A DNA stretch of 32,775 bases, from NCBI GenBank assembly GCA_008632985.1, contig QPGO01000247.1, positions 62,001 through 94,775 of the forward strand. The letters are read 5' to 3'. Below, in pieces: positions 10,848-22,787 of the stretch (position 1 is its first letter; each line of letters starts with the position of its first letter). The translations under genes were made by a program, and so were the position numbers. This stretch comes from Psammoneis japonica (Eukaryota). Under the pieces are notes generated by a model, which was not told where the DNA came from, did not search any database, and was given only the letters and a program-made list of their open reading frames with translations.

Positions 10848-11699
10848 ATGACAGGATCGACTACCAAAGAAGAAAATACCGTTGTTCCCGAGGTGGACGA
10901 GGAACTGCTGAGTATGCTCCAGAAAGACTTTCCCAATGCAACCCATGCCGAATGCCGTCGATTCTTGGTAGCTCGTGATGGTTCCCTTGAGGGTGCCACA
11001 AACCAACTAAAGGATTACATGGAGTGGCGCAAACTGCACGAAATCGACCAGAAAACCGATGGTCCCGACGAAAAGGACGAGGACGATGCAGCGCTATGGA
11101 CTCGTGTCGCTCGCAAGGCGACACTCTATGAAACCAATCAAGAGGTTGATTTGCCACGAGTGGTGCGTACACACGAAGATAAAAGCAACCCAGAGTCTCC
11201 CGGTGGTTGTGCCAAGGACGGGACCATTGTGATTCAAGTCATGCCGGCCATGATTGACTTGGACCTTGCTCCAGCCACGACATATGCCTTGGCCATGGCC
11301 TTCTATGTAATGGCAAAGATGGATCGCAACTCGCTCGATAAGGGTACAATCATGCTGGATGTTCGAGCTGGAACTGGCTTTCCCAATTTAAGTGCCTACA
11401 CGCTCTATCCCTTTATCAAGGCGGTCGCAAAGCTCTTGAACGCCCACGCACCGGAACGACTCAAGCGTTGTTTGCTTTATCCCTTGCCAACCTTATCCTT
11501 GTACTTGTGGGAAGGCATCAAACCATTCTTGGATGAAAATACCACGTCCAAAATCCAGCTGCTGAGTGGATCGGCCGGAGAAGAATCGCCTCCACCCGAA
11601 GAGGAGATTTTGAAATTCCTCGACAAGGAACTCCTCGATAAAATGGAAGCGGCTCGCAAGGACGAATTCGGCGAGCCCAAGAAAAGTAGTTGGTGGTAG
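10848..11699 (+). CDS. CRAL-TRIO (Sec14-like) lipid-binding protein
   Basis: N-terminal RRFLVARDGSLEGATNQLKDYMEWRK (CRAL-TRIO-N) and LNAHAPERLKRCLLYPLP..LWEGIKPFLDENTTSKIQLL; intronless; divergent from the DUF1244-MogA gene. Confidence 0.9.
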   Translation: MTGSTTKEENTVVPEVDEELLSMLQKDFPNATHAECRRFLVARDGSLEGATNQLKDYMEWRKLHEIDQKTDGPDEKDEDDAALWTRVARKATLYETNQEVDLPRVVRTHEDKSNPESPGGCAKDGTIVIQVMPAMIDLDLAPATTYALAMAFYVMAKMDRNSLDKGTIMLDVRAGTGFPNLSAYTLYPFIKAVAKLLNAHAPERLKRCLLYPLPTLSLYLWEGIKPFLDENTTSKIQLLSGSAGEESPPPEEEILKFLDKELLDKMEAARKDEFGEPKKSSWW

Positions 11700-12202
11700 A
11701 GAGCGCTTTCGAATATTTGTAATATTGTTCTAGTCCTTGTTGTTTCATTTCAGTGTGCACTCTCAAAAGTTACGCGTCGACTTCATAAGTTGTGCGTCAA
11801 GATATGCCTATCAAACAAATAGTTTCAGTTCGTTACTAGACCTAATGATCCACTCGGGGAGTTCTTCTGATTTACCATGATGGAGTTCCGTTAGGCTCTA
11901 GAGTTACAGCAAGAATCTTGTTTGGCGCTGTCCCAAGTCCCAACCAGTGCGACGAGTTGAAGTTAGAGCGCGCTCGCGACACGTTCGACATCACGTCGAG
12001 CCTTCGCATTTTGCGCTCGGCGATGCGGTGCAAAGATTTTGTCACGACTGATGCGATGACTCTGGACAACAAACAACACTCAAAAACGCGAGCGCACTAT
12101 CGTCTCTATTGCTTCAGAAACTGCCTTGTTAGATTGCATTTGCTTGTTTACGAGGGCGAGCTAAAACGAAAAAGTACTTTGGGGAGAGATGAATTATGAA
12201 TT

Positions 12203-14838
12203 ATGGATCAGAATCAAGAAGAAGAAAACACCGAGCTGCCTATCGATTACTATGATGAGTTGAGAAGAAGCAACGTTGCTTTTACAACACAGCTAGGATC
12301 CTCAGTCGTTCTGGTTAATGAAACATTGAGGCTATGCAAGTTGACAAGCTTGCTTCCAACCACAGTCAGACAAGCCGGAGCTCATCCGGAAGTGGTGGCA
12401 GAGCGAGTGTTTTACGAATTGTCCGCATGGATAGCAATGAATCACTTTAATCAGAGAAATGCAACCATTGTGCCGCTATTGAAAGACTTGGAAGAGTGCA
12501 ACATGTACCTTACAATGGAATTCAGAGATACACAATTTAGCCCGATAGACGCGGCGAAACAATACTTGGAAGACACATTGATACCGAAGCATTCCTTGGC
12601 AACGCCTTTGCCGTTTGGGTTGATTGGTGCTTCACGATCTGCTGTTTCAGTGTCGGTGGCTACCTTGGCTGGCGTTGATGGAATACCTCTAGTGAGTGCA
12701 GAATCAACATCATCACAGCTTGACAGGGAAAGCTCGTATCCGTTCTTTGCCCGCACCATTCCTACAAATTCGGGTGAGGCAATGGCGTTGCTACTGTATT
12801 TGGAGTCCATTGGCGTGGAGCATTTAGGTGTCATGTACGTAAGGGATTCTTATGGAACCGACTACTTTGCAGGCTTTTTAGCGGCCGCAGCATCCCTCCA
12901 CCACTCTATTCATGTGCATGGAGCGCCGTACGAGGACGGAAACACCGACAGTATTGACTCTGCAGTGGCTCGATTGAAAGCTTCTCACGTCAGGTATTTT
13001 GCAGGAATCTTCGGTTCCGAAAATCACAAAATTGTATTGGAGCGAATTCACAATCAAGGTCTGATTGGTAACTCCGAGTTTGCTTGGTTCTTTGGTGATG
13101 GACTGTCCTCGCTCTCTCAGCCAGGTTACGAACTAGACCCCAACACGGAAGCTCATTTGGCGTCGGCCATTCACGGATCCGGTGTCGTTTTGTTAGACCT
13201 ATCGATGAATGAGCAGTTGGAAACAAGTGTCCTTGAGATGTATGAAAGTGAAGAAATGATGAAACACTTTGTTTCAATGCATGTAGGTGTATTGTTTTGT
13301 TGGCTTTCAGCCCTGCACTATTCTCCGTCTCCTTTTCTCATTGATCTTTTCGCTGTTGAATGAGCAGGCTGAAGACAAGCTTTTCGAGTCCCTCAATCTA
13401 TCGACTGTTCCTTTTAGTAGCTCTGCATATAATGGCTTGGTATACGACGCAGTCATGACTTTGGCGATTGCGGCTTGTCAGACGAACAACAGCTTCTTCT
13501 CGGGCGCTGAACTCTACAACCAAGTACGGTTGACCGAGTTTGAAGGAGCCTCCGGATTTGTATCCTTTGATCCCGAAAGCGGCACAAGACGAGTGGAAAC
13601 CACAAATTTTCAAATCTTAAATGTTCTTGCCAATCCTATTCGAGACGGAGTATTGACTTTTTCAGCCCGGCGGTCTGTTTCGATTGCTACAACCAACAAT
13701 CGAACCGAAATCCGAGACTTTTCTCATGTTTATTGGAACAATAGCACAACTCCGCCAATGCCGCTACCAGAAGTACAAGATGAAGATCTAAACTATATTG
13801 GCCGAGCAGAAAAGATTGTGGGGCTAACCATGGCTGGGATTGTTATTGTCATGTCGACAGCATGGATGGTTTGGACGATTCGTAATCGAAAGCGACCCGT
13901 CATTAGAGCTTCTCAACCTGCCTTTCTTGGAATGCTCTGCGTTGGTACTTTAATAATGGCGTCAGCTCTAGTTTTTGCATCGCTGGAAGAACCTGTCAGT
14001 GACCAAGTACTTGACATTGCATGCATGGCCGTTCCCTGGCTATTTTCGATTGGATTTGTAACTGCGTTCTCAGCTCTCTTCACGAAAACATGGCGGATAA
14101 ACAAGGTAGGGCAGCTGTTATCGTTTCGATTCTCGCCAATGTTATTGCGCGTGCCTCATGAATGTTGTGTGTTTCAAGTTGTTTCACATGAGCCAGGAGT
14201 ACCGACGAGTTGAGATCCGAGCCAAGCATGTTCTTCCACCTTTCCTGATTCTCATGGCCATTAACATTGCCATTCTGACAGCATGGACCATCGTTTCTCC
14301 ATTGGAATGGACAAGAATAGAATTGTCAACCAAGGACGAGTTTGGTCGGAGCACGAGTTCGTATGGAACGTGCTACAGCTACGACGACACTACAACGTAT
14401 CTGTTTTTGCCTTTGCTATTACTCGTCAACTTTTGTCCTCTCGCCTTTGCAACGTACCAGGCGTATCAGTCGCGTTTACTGCCTCCATCCAACTTTAACG
14501 AAAGTCACTACATTGGTATTTCACTGGCAATGATGACAGAGTCGTTTCTCATTGCATTGCCTGTCTTCTTTGCGGTGCACGACAACCCTTCTGTTTTCTT
14601 TTTTGTCAAGTGTCTTTTGGTTTTTATTGTTTGCCTGGCAATCTTGCTTCCCATATTTGTTCCCAAATACCTCAAGAGAAATGAACGACCGCAAGGAGTT
14701 TCCAGGCGGCGTCGATTGAGGACATCTGCAATCTCGCGCAGCAATCAATATGATGGATCCGCAGCTTTCTCCCAAAGGCATTGCAGATTGAATCAGTCAA
14801 GAGTAACGGAGGCGCGCGTCTCGAGCCATATGAGGTGA
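12203..14838 (+). CDS. Class C GPCR (GABA-B-like): Venus-flytrap ANF_receptor domain plus 7tm_3; 3 exons (12203-13282, 13368-14105, 14179-14838)
   Basis: IGASRSAVS, STSSQLD..YPFFARTIP, DSYG, YDAV, FEGASGFVSFD (ligand-binding domain); IRASQPAFL, WLFSIGF, ALFTKTWRINK, FNESHYI, IFVPK (7tm_3). Two phase-0 GT-AG introns restore frame. Confidence 0.92.
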
Positions 14839-15317
14839 AAACTTTGCAAGCTCTCTCCAACGGTACCTATGCGAGATGGGTGAAAAAGACTTTGGCGCGC
14901 CTGCAGTTGTGATTGACGTTGGCAGGAATGGCCGGGTTCCTCAATGCTAGATTGGCTCACTGCAATCCTGAAGCAAGTAGAAGCACAAGGTTGTCGGAAG
15001 GCGATCTGTCAGCCATAATGTTCTCCCAATAATGTCGGAACAGCAGTGGTAGAAAAGCAATTCTGGAAAGCTCGCATGGGACTCTCATCAATTGATACCT
15101 GGAGCACACGCTTCAGCATAGTGAAACGGACTTTTGACCACAAAGAATTGCTCCAACTAGATAGTTATTGCTCTAGCGTTCATTCAGATGAAATTGTAGG
15201 AGCAGTGAATGACAATGGAGAGTTGCACAGGTTGAGAATCGCAAATGGTTTCCGGAGATGAAGATGAGAAGAGCTTCAGATTACTAATAAGTGTTCGTCA
15301 ATGAAGCTATTGCTTTC

Positions 15318-16463
15318 CTACTCGGCTACTTTGCAGTCAAACCCTATCCTGGAAAGAGTATTTATCTCCTCAAAGTGTTGTTTGATGGCATCAATCGACG
15401 TTTTTGGTATCGGTTCTTCCCCCGATCCAGTCCACACTATATCTGTGCTGTTGCAAACTCGTCAAGAAATCCGTCAAAGGGTACCATGTCTTTCACCAAT
15501 AGACGTGCATTAATAGCAAGAACAACACCTGTCACAAAGTATCGTATTATACACAATACGAGTAGAGATCCCATCCAGTAGTTGAGAACACGCAACAGAA
15601 AAGAGTTCAACCTCCAACTCCACCCGTATGCTTACCTGCAGATCGCTCCATCACGTTGTACTTGTAAATGAGCGCCGTCATGCTTGCCAGATCCTCGCTT
15701 GTATATCCACTTTCAGCATCATGTTCTACTCGAAAGCCCAAGGAAAACGCAAAGGGGTATTTGCTCTTTTCAATCACGCTCAAACACGTGCTGACAAAGG
15801 CATCCGCATCAAAGTTTGCACCGTCTCGGTGTCCAGGTCCCGGCAAAATGTCAGCATTCAGGTAAATAACATTGCCAGTCGGAATAATACTAGATGATGC
15901 ATTGGTAAACAAGTCGAGCGCAGGTTGTACCACCTCCAATTCTTTAAAGTCCAGCTTGAGGTGTTTGCGTAGTGCTCTTTCATCTAGTAGCCCGTTGTTC
16001 TCCCCTCGTGTCATCATGTCAAAGACAGTCTTGACTGCAAGATCGGAATCAACTTCGGGTGGATGAGAACATATTGGAATTTTCGGTCTCTCGTGAAGTG
16101 GATCTGTAGTCACATCGTATCCCATGAGCAAATCCATTTCAATGGCTGTTATGTTTGGATCCTGAATCGCCGCATACAACATGCTTTTCGTGTTGGTGGC
16201 ATGACTCCATGTTTGATCACCCGGTGGGAGTTCTTTGACTTTTGTTCTTCTTCTGAGGGAGTAGTAGTATCAGTAGAAATTGGAAAAGGCATAAAGCTCA
16301 AAATCACAATCAGCGCCATTGCTACCAAGAGAAAAAAGATTCCAGAGCGACGCCACGATACTCGTCGACTGCCGTGTTCACCCACAGAATCATCATCATC
16401 CAGAAAGATTCCGTCTTTCTTCCAAGACAGATTGGCCTCCTCCTCGTCGTGTTCATCAGGCAT
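15318..16463 (-). CDS. FAM151/menorin-like (DUF2181) membrane-anchored PLC-like phosphodiesterase-fold protein; intron 15529-15635; frameshifts near 16240 and 15438
   Basis: N-terminal TM segment, then TWSHATN, IEMDL, PICSHPP..SDL, LKLDFK, YLNADILPGPG, FSLGF, GYT and after the intron VWTG..RIGFD, the FAM151 motif order. Confidence 0.85.
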
Positions 16464-16947
16464 GTTATTGTTGTTGTTCTATTGGAGGTACAATGAAGAG
16501 CAGGGGGGCTAACTTACGGGACGCAGTTGACTACCGCCGCCATGGCTTGTAAAGGTTTTGGGCGTTGTATGGAAGATGGAATTCTGGATGACGGACGACG
16601 GACGAGCTCCGAATTGGCACGAATAAATTCCGCTTTCATGTGCATCACGGGTCTCAACGGCCACGTCAAAGAGAGTGACACTTTCGTGTCTAAGTAATTA
16701 TGAAAATTCAACGGCTGCTCTCATTTGATTGGTCAATTTTCCAAGTTGAAGTGACGTAGATTCAATAAAAAGCTACAAAATGAAGGTTACTTAAAATGTC
16801 CCTAACATCAATATTATTAAGCCCTTAATAAATAAGTTGCGAACATCTTGGGTGGCGAATTTTTGGAGACGCCATTTTGCCTGCTGTCTTTTGCCGCCAC
16901 TTTGCACCAAAGTCTGTTCTTCCAAGTTAAACCTGGAGTGCATAATC

Positions 16948-18060
16948 ATGCAGAGCAGAGTTGCCATCAATGTGTTTGGCTCGTCAAGGGGTCAAGTGGT
17001 TGAGACAAAGGAAAGAATGAGCGCTGAAGACCGAAAGAAAAAGGCTGTAAAGTGGTGGAAGACACGTGCCTGGATGGGTGGTCGTGGCAAACATGGGAAT
17101 AGTAGCAGCGGCTGTGAATCTGATGACCGAAAAAAGCAAGAGACAGAAACAGCACCGCTTGAAAAAGTAAAGAACCGTGATGTTGATGTTTGTGATGCTC
17201 CACAAGCGAAATCTTCATGGTTTCATAATCCGTCAGTGGGTCACTCGAGCAGCGACGGTGACGATTCCTCGGTTGCTTCGGGCACAAGTAGTGTCTCTTC
17301 TATTCTGCTACGAAACAAGCGCTCTCGCAAGACTCATCCCACGTCGGACGATCAACCACTCGTCACACCGAAAAGCAACCGCGCCATTCGTTTTGCCGAC
17401 GAAGAGGGACAACCGGTCGCCACGATTCGTTTTACCGAACGAGCGGAACCGTCGCAACGTCATGATTGGGTGCGAATCATTGTGCTCTTGGTGGCACCCA
17501 AACTCAAAAAGTTTGAATTTGTTCATGTCTATTACAATGTCAAGGAATGCAACTACATGACGAGTGTACTTCGGCACATTCGTCATGTCGCCACTCATCG
17601 AGTACTGGCCGATCAACGATATGTTGGACTATGCCGTCTAGCGGATGGTGGCAAGGAGCTGCTCAATAGGTATTCCATTCAAGATTACAAGCTGGAACGA
17701 CATGAAGTTCTTGCAGCCATTCCCAAGGGTATGAAGGCATCCGAACTCTATCCCATTGCCGGTCAACTTTTGGCTGACAACAAGAGAGTGGTGCGTGTCA
17801 TGAATCGATCCAAATGGAAGACCCGTCGCATCAAGTCGGGTAGGTCCAGCAGCAGGTACTCTCAGCCACTCGACATGAAGGAATTGGATGACGCCTTGCC
17901 AGAGAGTGAAGGTCGCAGTGGAACCCGAGATGGCTTTGTGGACGAGCGACTCATTCCGCACCTTGTTCATACCGGGGTCTTTCTCACGCCGCTTTTAGTC
18001 AACACGCACAAGCAAGTAGCGTCCAATTCAAGATTCTCGGTATCGACTGCAATCCGATGA
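16948..18060 (+). CDS. Hypothetical protein with RVxF-type PP1-docking motif and a compact alpha/beta domain; 3' end uncertain (may extend to ~18337)
   Basis: Long ORF; Ser-rich disordered N-half, RAIRFADEEGQPVATIRF, then globular RIIVLLVAPKLKKFEFVHV..HEVLAAIPKGM. A hydrophobic ORF at 18143-18337 after a TTTCAG acceptor may be a last exon. Confidence 0.65.
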   Translation: MQSRVAINVFGSSRGQVVETKERMSAEDRKKKAVKWWKTRAWMGGRGKHGNSSSGCESDDRKKQETETAPLEKVKNRDVDVCDAPQAKSSWFHNPSVGHSSSDGDDSSVASGTSSVSSILLRNKRSRKTHPTSDDQPLVTPKSNRAIRFADEEGQPVATIRFTERAEPSQRHDWVRIIVLLVAPKLKKFEFVHVYYNVKECNYMTSVLRHIRHVATHRVLADQRYVGLCRLADGGKELLNRYSIQDYKLERHEVLAAIPKGMKASELYPIAGQLLADNKRVVRVMNRSKWKTRRIKSGRSSSRYSQPLDMKELDDALPESEGRSGTRDGFVDERLIPHLVHTGVFLTPLLVNTHKQVASNSRFSVSTAIR

Positions 18061-19230
18061 ATCTAATAATGGAATTGAATACAGTAGGAAAATAGGAAAC
18101 GGAACTGCTCGAGAGCGAGGTTAATAAATTCATTCTCAATTTTTGCAAACTGCACTGTTTCAGGTGTCTGAGGCACGACATTGTGCTTGTTTTTGTCTCG
18201 TTTCATGGATACCTCCATTCATGGCAGCACTAGTTAGTACCGTAGTAAGCATGATGTTGTTTGAACAATTCTTTCACTCTCCTAGTTGGATTACACAGCA
18301 GTACAACATCATCCAGAGTGTCGCGTGCGATGCCTAATCGTTCAGCCAAATCAAACCATTCTACAAGTCATGGACGACGACTGTGCTGGCAGTTGTTGAC
18401 GGTGCGTGTGCCGGCACTGGAGAGGGTTTCGGCATGACAAAGCTGGAGCAAATTGCACCACAGCTCTCCCACTGACGTGTCGTTCGTTCACTGGCTTTTT
18501 CCAGCCATCACAACAACCAGCTGACAGGGAGTGCTGGAAGTGTGAGTTGGCCTGCCACAGCTTTGCTGGACAGCAGTGTGGCAGCAGCACTGTAAATCGG
18601 AGATGTGGGGGTGTTTTTTACAGGGACTTGATGCATGACTTTTTTTTTAATGAAGCTGTGCTGGCTGCCAGCACAGGCTTTTTTTCTAGCTGGGACAATG
18701 ATGCACAGGAAAGAGAAAGCCACACACATCCCCAAGAAGCAACTCTCAGATCAATGCTGAGCCAGGGCTGGAGCACATCTCCATTAAAGCTCAGCAGGTG
18801 ACATTGCATCAGCTGAGTCCCTTGTCGCAGAGCACACCAGATGGTCTCCTCATTTTGCTGCCAGCCAAAGTGCGCCCTTCATTTGGAAGAGATGCCACAG
18901 CTGGTGTCTTTCCCTCCCCATTGTGTCTTTCCCTCTCACCATTGTTTGGCAGGAGCCACATGAGATCACCTCCTCCTCAGAACAATTGTGCAACAGACAA
19001 GACACATTCACTCCAACCCTCGCCGCAAGAAGGCCCTTGCATCCGTTGGGATTTCTAGAAAGCTGCTGCAAGTTGCCAACAAACACCACTGTCCTGAGGA
19101 GGAAGAACGACCTTCTCTGCTGGCAAATTCTTTGCGCTAAATTGGGTGGATGTAGAGCTGGTGTGATTTCAAAGACATGGTTGTCATTCGCACTCTCCCA
19201 AGCAAACTTCTTCAAGCACATGAAGCCCCT

Positions 19231-19261
19231 TGTGTGTGTGTGTGTGGGGGGGGGGGGGGGG
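19231..19261 (+). repeat. (TG)n microsatellite followed by poly-G
   Basis: TGTGTGTGTGTGTGTG then a G run of about 15. Confidence 0.9.
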
Positions 19262-19879
19262 CATGTGGCAACCAAACAAATCCAAAATCTTCATTGGAGC
19301 ACCCAGCCGACTTTCAAACTTGTTGACATGTGCATCAAAATGCCAAATTTGGTGGGGGCTGCACAGCAGCAAGAGTGGAAGTGATCTTCTGATGCCAGCC
19401 ACATGCCACATTGAAGTCATGCAAAAAAGTGCAACCTCCAACAGCTTCTTGAACAGCTTCTCTTGACCAAGCTTTGCTGCCCATCATGGCTGCAACAATT
19501 CAAAATGTGCAAGATTGCCAGTGCAAATGTTGGTGCTTGGCTCTTGCAGCAAGTTTGCCAACAACAAAGAGCCCCTCATTGATGAGTGTCCTTGACATGG
19601 AGCTCACTGCACAAGTCCCAAGCCTGGTTGTTCTGTGAAAACAGAGCCCTGGAAGCAGACACAATTTCCAGCCACCACCATGCATGAAAAGTTGTTTGTG
19701 CTCAGCTGAAGTTGTGTGAGATGTCTGTGTTCTCATGCAAAGCAACAAACTTGGAAGATTGTCACACGAGATGTTGGTGTGACTCATGACTGCCCCAATC
19801 TCCTTGAAGAGAAATTGCTTCATTGTTTTGCAGCTGTGCGTGATTTTTTGCTGGGTGTGGGCAGCAAGTTTTTGTGCAA

Positions 19880-19957
19880 AAAAGTGATCCAGATGTCAGC
19901 ACAAAAGTGATCCAGATGTCAACACTCTGTGGCATGAACACATGCATGAACACATGC
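19880..19957 (+). repeat. Two short tandem duplications inside the depleted block
   Basis: AAAAGTGATCCAGATGTCA twice, then GCATGAACACAT twice. Confidence 0.85.
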
Positions 19958-22787
19958 ACTGTGCCACACAAAGCGTGAAGTGCCCATGACCACAGGCAAA
20001 ACAGTGGTGGCAGCAGCAGAAGAGTGGCCCCCACCCATGTCAAAGGACAGGAAACAATGTGCAGAGCTGAGCATGATTTAAAAGAAGAGCTTCCTTGGAG
20101 CCAGAATGCGGCTGCTCAGCTGGCATTGATGGGCTGGCTGGTTGTTGCAGAAGCTTGGCACCAGCAACAAGCAGTGCATCAAACAGCCAAAAGCAGCAGA
20201 GGAGGATCAAAAGGCAGCCAGAGCAAGAAAAAAATGAGAGGTTTTGGAGCAAGAGCAGCTTGGCAAGCAAAAATGGGACAAGGAGAAACAGGAGATTCAG
20301 GTGTTGGAAAGGCTTGCCTGCCACAGGAGATGTTTTTTGCAAGAAACAACACAAAGACAAAAGGAAGGCTGCAATGATGACAATGCACACTTCATCAATG
20401 ACGATGAAGACCACAATGAAGGCACTGAAAACAAAACAATTGAAACAACAAAAAAGAAGCATGGCTCATGTTGGCACAAACCACAACTGCTGGCTTGCTG
20501 CTGTGCTGTTGAATTGCTTGTAAGAGCACACTGTGTCAGCATGCCAAATCCATGGATCACAGGCAGACTGTGTGCAGACAATGGGGTCTGACAATTCTGG
20601 ACAGCCAAGCAGATGGCAGATCTTTGCCTGGGATCTGCTTCCCACTCCTTTTTGCCACTGCACATGTTGCAACTGCCAGGCTTGTGCAGAGGGAGGCTCT
20701 TGTCACTTGTGAACTCTGCCAGTGCAGCTGCTCCATCATGCCACAGCCTCATGCTTGGTTTGCCATCAGTGCCATCCTTGTCTTTGCCTTCTCCCTCACC
20801 CATTGCAGCAGTGTGATGCTGCACAGAATTGCACATGTGGCAATGCACACAAAATTTGTGGCTTTGAAGCTGGTGTGGCACTGGGCTTCTGCTCTGCAGG
20901 GCTGTGCCACAAATGATGGTTTCTCCTGTGCCACATCTCAATGGATGACACCCTCTCATGTCTTGAGGTGAGTGATGCCCCTTTTAGGCTGGCTGAAGTT
21001 GGCACCTTGTCAGACATTCAACTTGTGGTGTGGGGTGCAAAGCAAGGTGTCAGCCACCCTTGCATGCAATGCAGAGTTTGTGTCACACACAAGGCACTTT
21101 GCCAGGAGGATGACCTGCAACACATGCCATTCCATCATGAACTTTAACCCACACTGTTGGATGACCTGCCACAGGAGGATGCCAACAGCCTCTTCTCATT
21201 CTTGCAGGTTTGCTCTTTGCAGTCTTCCAGAAGAAAACATGGAGTTCTGCTTGACAGCAAGATTTGTTTGGGAAGAAAATGACAGCTTTGTTTTGAAATG
21301 GAGAAATGACATGACAGCCAAAGGTTTGGAATCTGTTGGAGATGGCAGGCATCTCTGCCAGCTGCTGCTCTTGTTGCTGGAGTGCTTTGTGCCAGCAATG
21401 TTCCAAAAGGCACCCATGATGAGTTGAGTGCCAGACTGATCATGCTGCACTCCACTTGTTGTGATGTGTGAAGACAACAGTGTCTCTTCAATTTTGGTGT
21501 GGAGACATGGACACTTGCAAACACAAATCACACACAAGCACTGGCCCATGGTGTGCTCTGACAGAATGGGCAGGAGCTGACATCTGCTCCCCTGGCATGT
21601 TTTGAAACACAGAGACAAAACATGAGATGTTGCACCCATGAAAGATGATCATCTGCCCAAGTCTCTCAAAATGCCGTGGTCGTTTGCCAAAAATCAACTT
21701 CATTGAGGAAGCCACCATTGTTGATCTTCTTCTCCACCTGTCCAAGCACCAGGTCCAATCACAGTGGGGTTGGGGAGGGGGGCAGAGTGGTGCCTGCACT
21801 GTTGGAGGCTTGCTGGATGAGTGGAGCTGAGTGACCAAAGCAACAGCTGGGATCTGTGACAGCATCGATGAGCACTTGTTGTTGTTGAGCTCTCCCAGCA
21901 GAATGCCCAGCCCCCAAATCTCATCTTCCAATCCCCTTTCAGCGCAAATTAAGATTTCTTTCGTCCCCTTCAATGACAACATTGGCAGACTCTTCACCCT
22001 CCCATTTCTTTTCCTGCTCTTGAACTGCCAGAACACGCACAGAGCAATGACGAGCCTGCGCATCTGCAGCGCACTCCAGCTCCAGGTGTGGCTCCGTGCG
22101 ACATGTTGGGCACAGAGAATTCCATGTGCATGCTCTGTGGATAAATTGTCAGGTGACGAATGTGCCAAAATGATTGCCAACAGAAAACAGACAATTTTCA
22201 AACTTGCTTGTGAACTCGCCGCCCCATTCTTGGAGCACATCATCACCTCCAGCTTGCCCAGGTGGTGTTCATTCAGACACAAAGAAAACACGCAGCCCCT
22301 TTTGTTCTCATAAATGGGTGAAATAAAATGCCATTGGCTTTGCAAAACAGGGATTGCGAAACAATTATTACATGTTCGTAAAAGCAAGAGGCGCAGTAGA
22401 ACACCTGTCATAGCTCTAGAGAATCGCCGAAACGCGCAAAAAAGTGAGAAATCGCGGCGGCAGCATTATGTAATTTTGAAATTTATCCCAACATATATTT
22501 CTTATACAAAAATATGTACATCGACATTCAACGGACAAATTCAAAATACAGCAGAAAAGCTTTGTACAACTCTACATACAGAGAAATGAACGAGACGCAA
22601 TACGAGTGATGGCGCTAAGTTTTTCACATGCTAACGGCTAAAACCACCCCACGTCTGATTAACGACACAACAACTAACCAGCTCCAGCTCCATCATCACT
22701 CATCATCATCCATCATACCGTTTTCAGTTTGATGTTTCTCCTACTTTTCGTCACACCGTCGAAATTTTGGGCTTGTGCTACAGAAAC

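Larger units (their letters stand above)
18370..22320. mobile_element. Heavily mutated repeat/transposon-like relic, depleted of CpG and TpA; family not identifiable, borders approximate
   Basis: Abrupt compositional shift between two normal genes; about 6 CG and 4 TA in 19201-21660 by manual count; TG/CA-rich; no recognisable transposase, RT or convincing terminal repeats. TE origin is inferred. Confidence 0.55.

Noticed and set aside
18351..22411. Dense overlapping ORFs in all six frames
   Set aside because: Artefact of TpA loss removing TAA/TAG stops; Cys/His-rich, nearly Tyr-free, no recognisable domain.
18355..22425. Possible terminal inverted repeats or Helitron ends (TCTACAAGTCATGGAC vs reverse-strand TCTAGAGCTATGAC)
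   Set aside because: Similarity too weak; no target-site duplication, no 3' hairpin or A/T insertion site.
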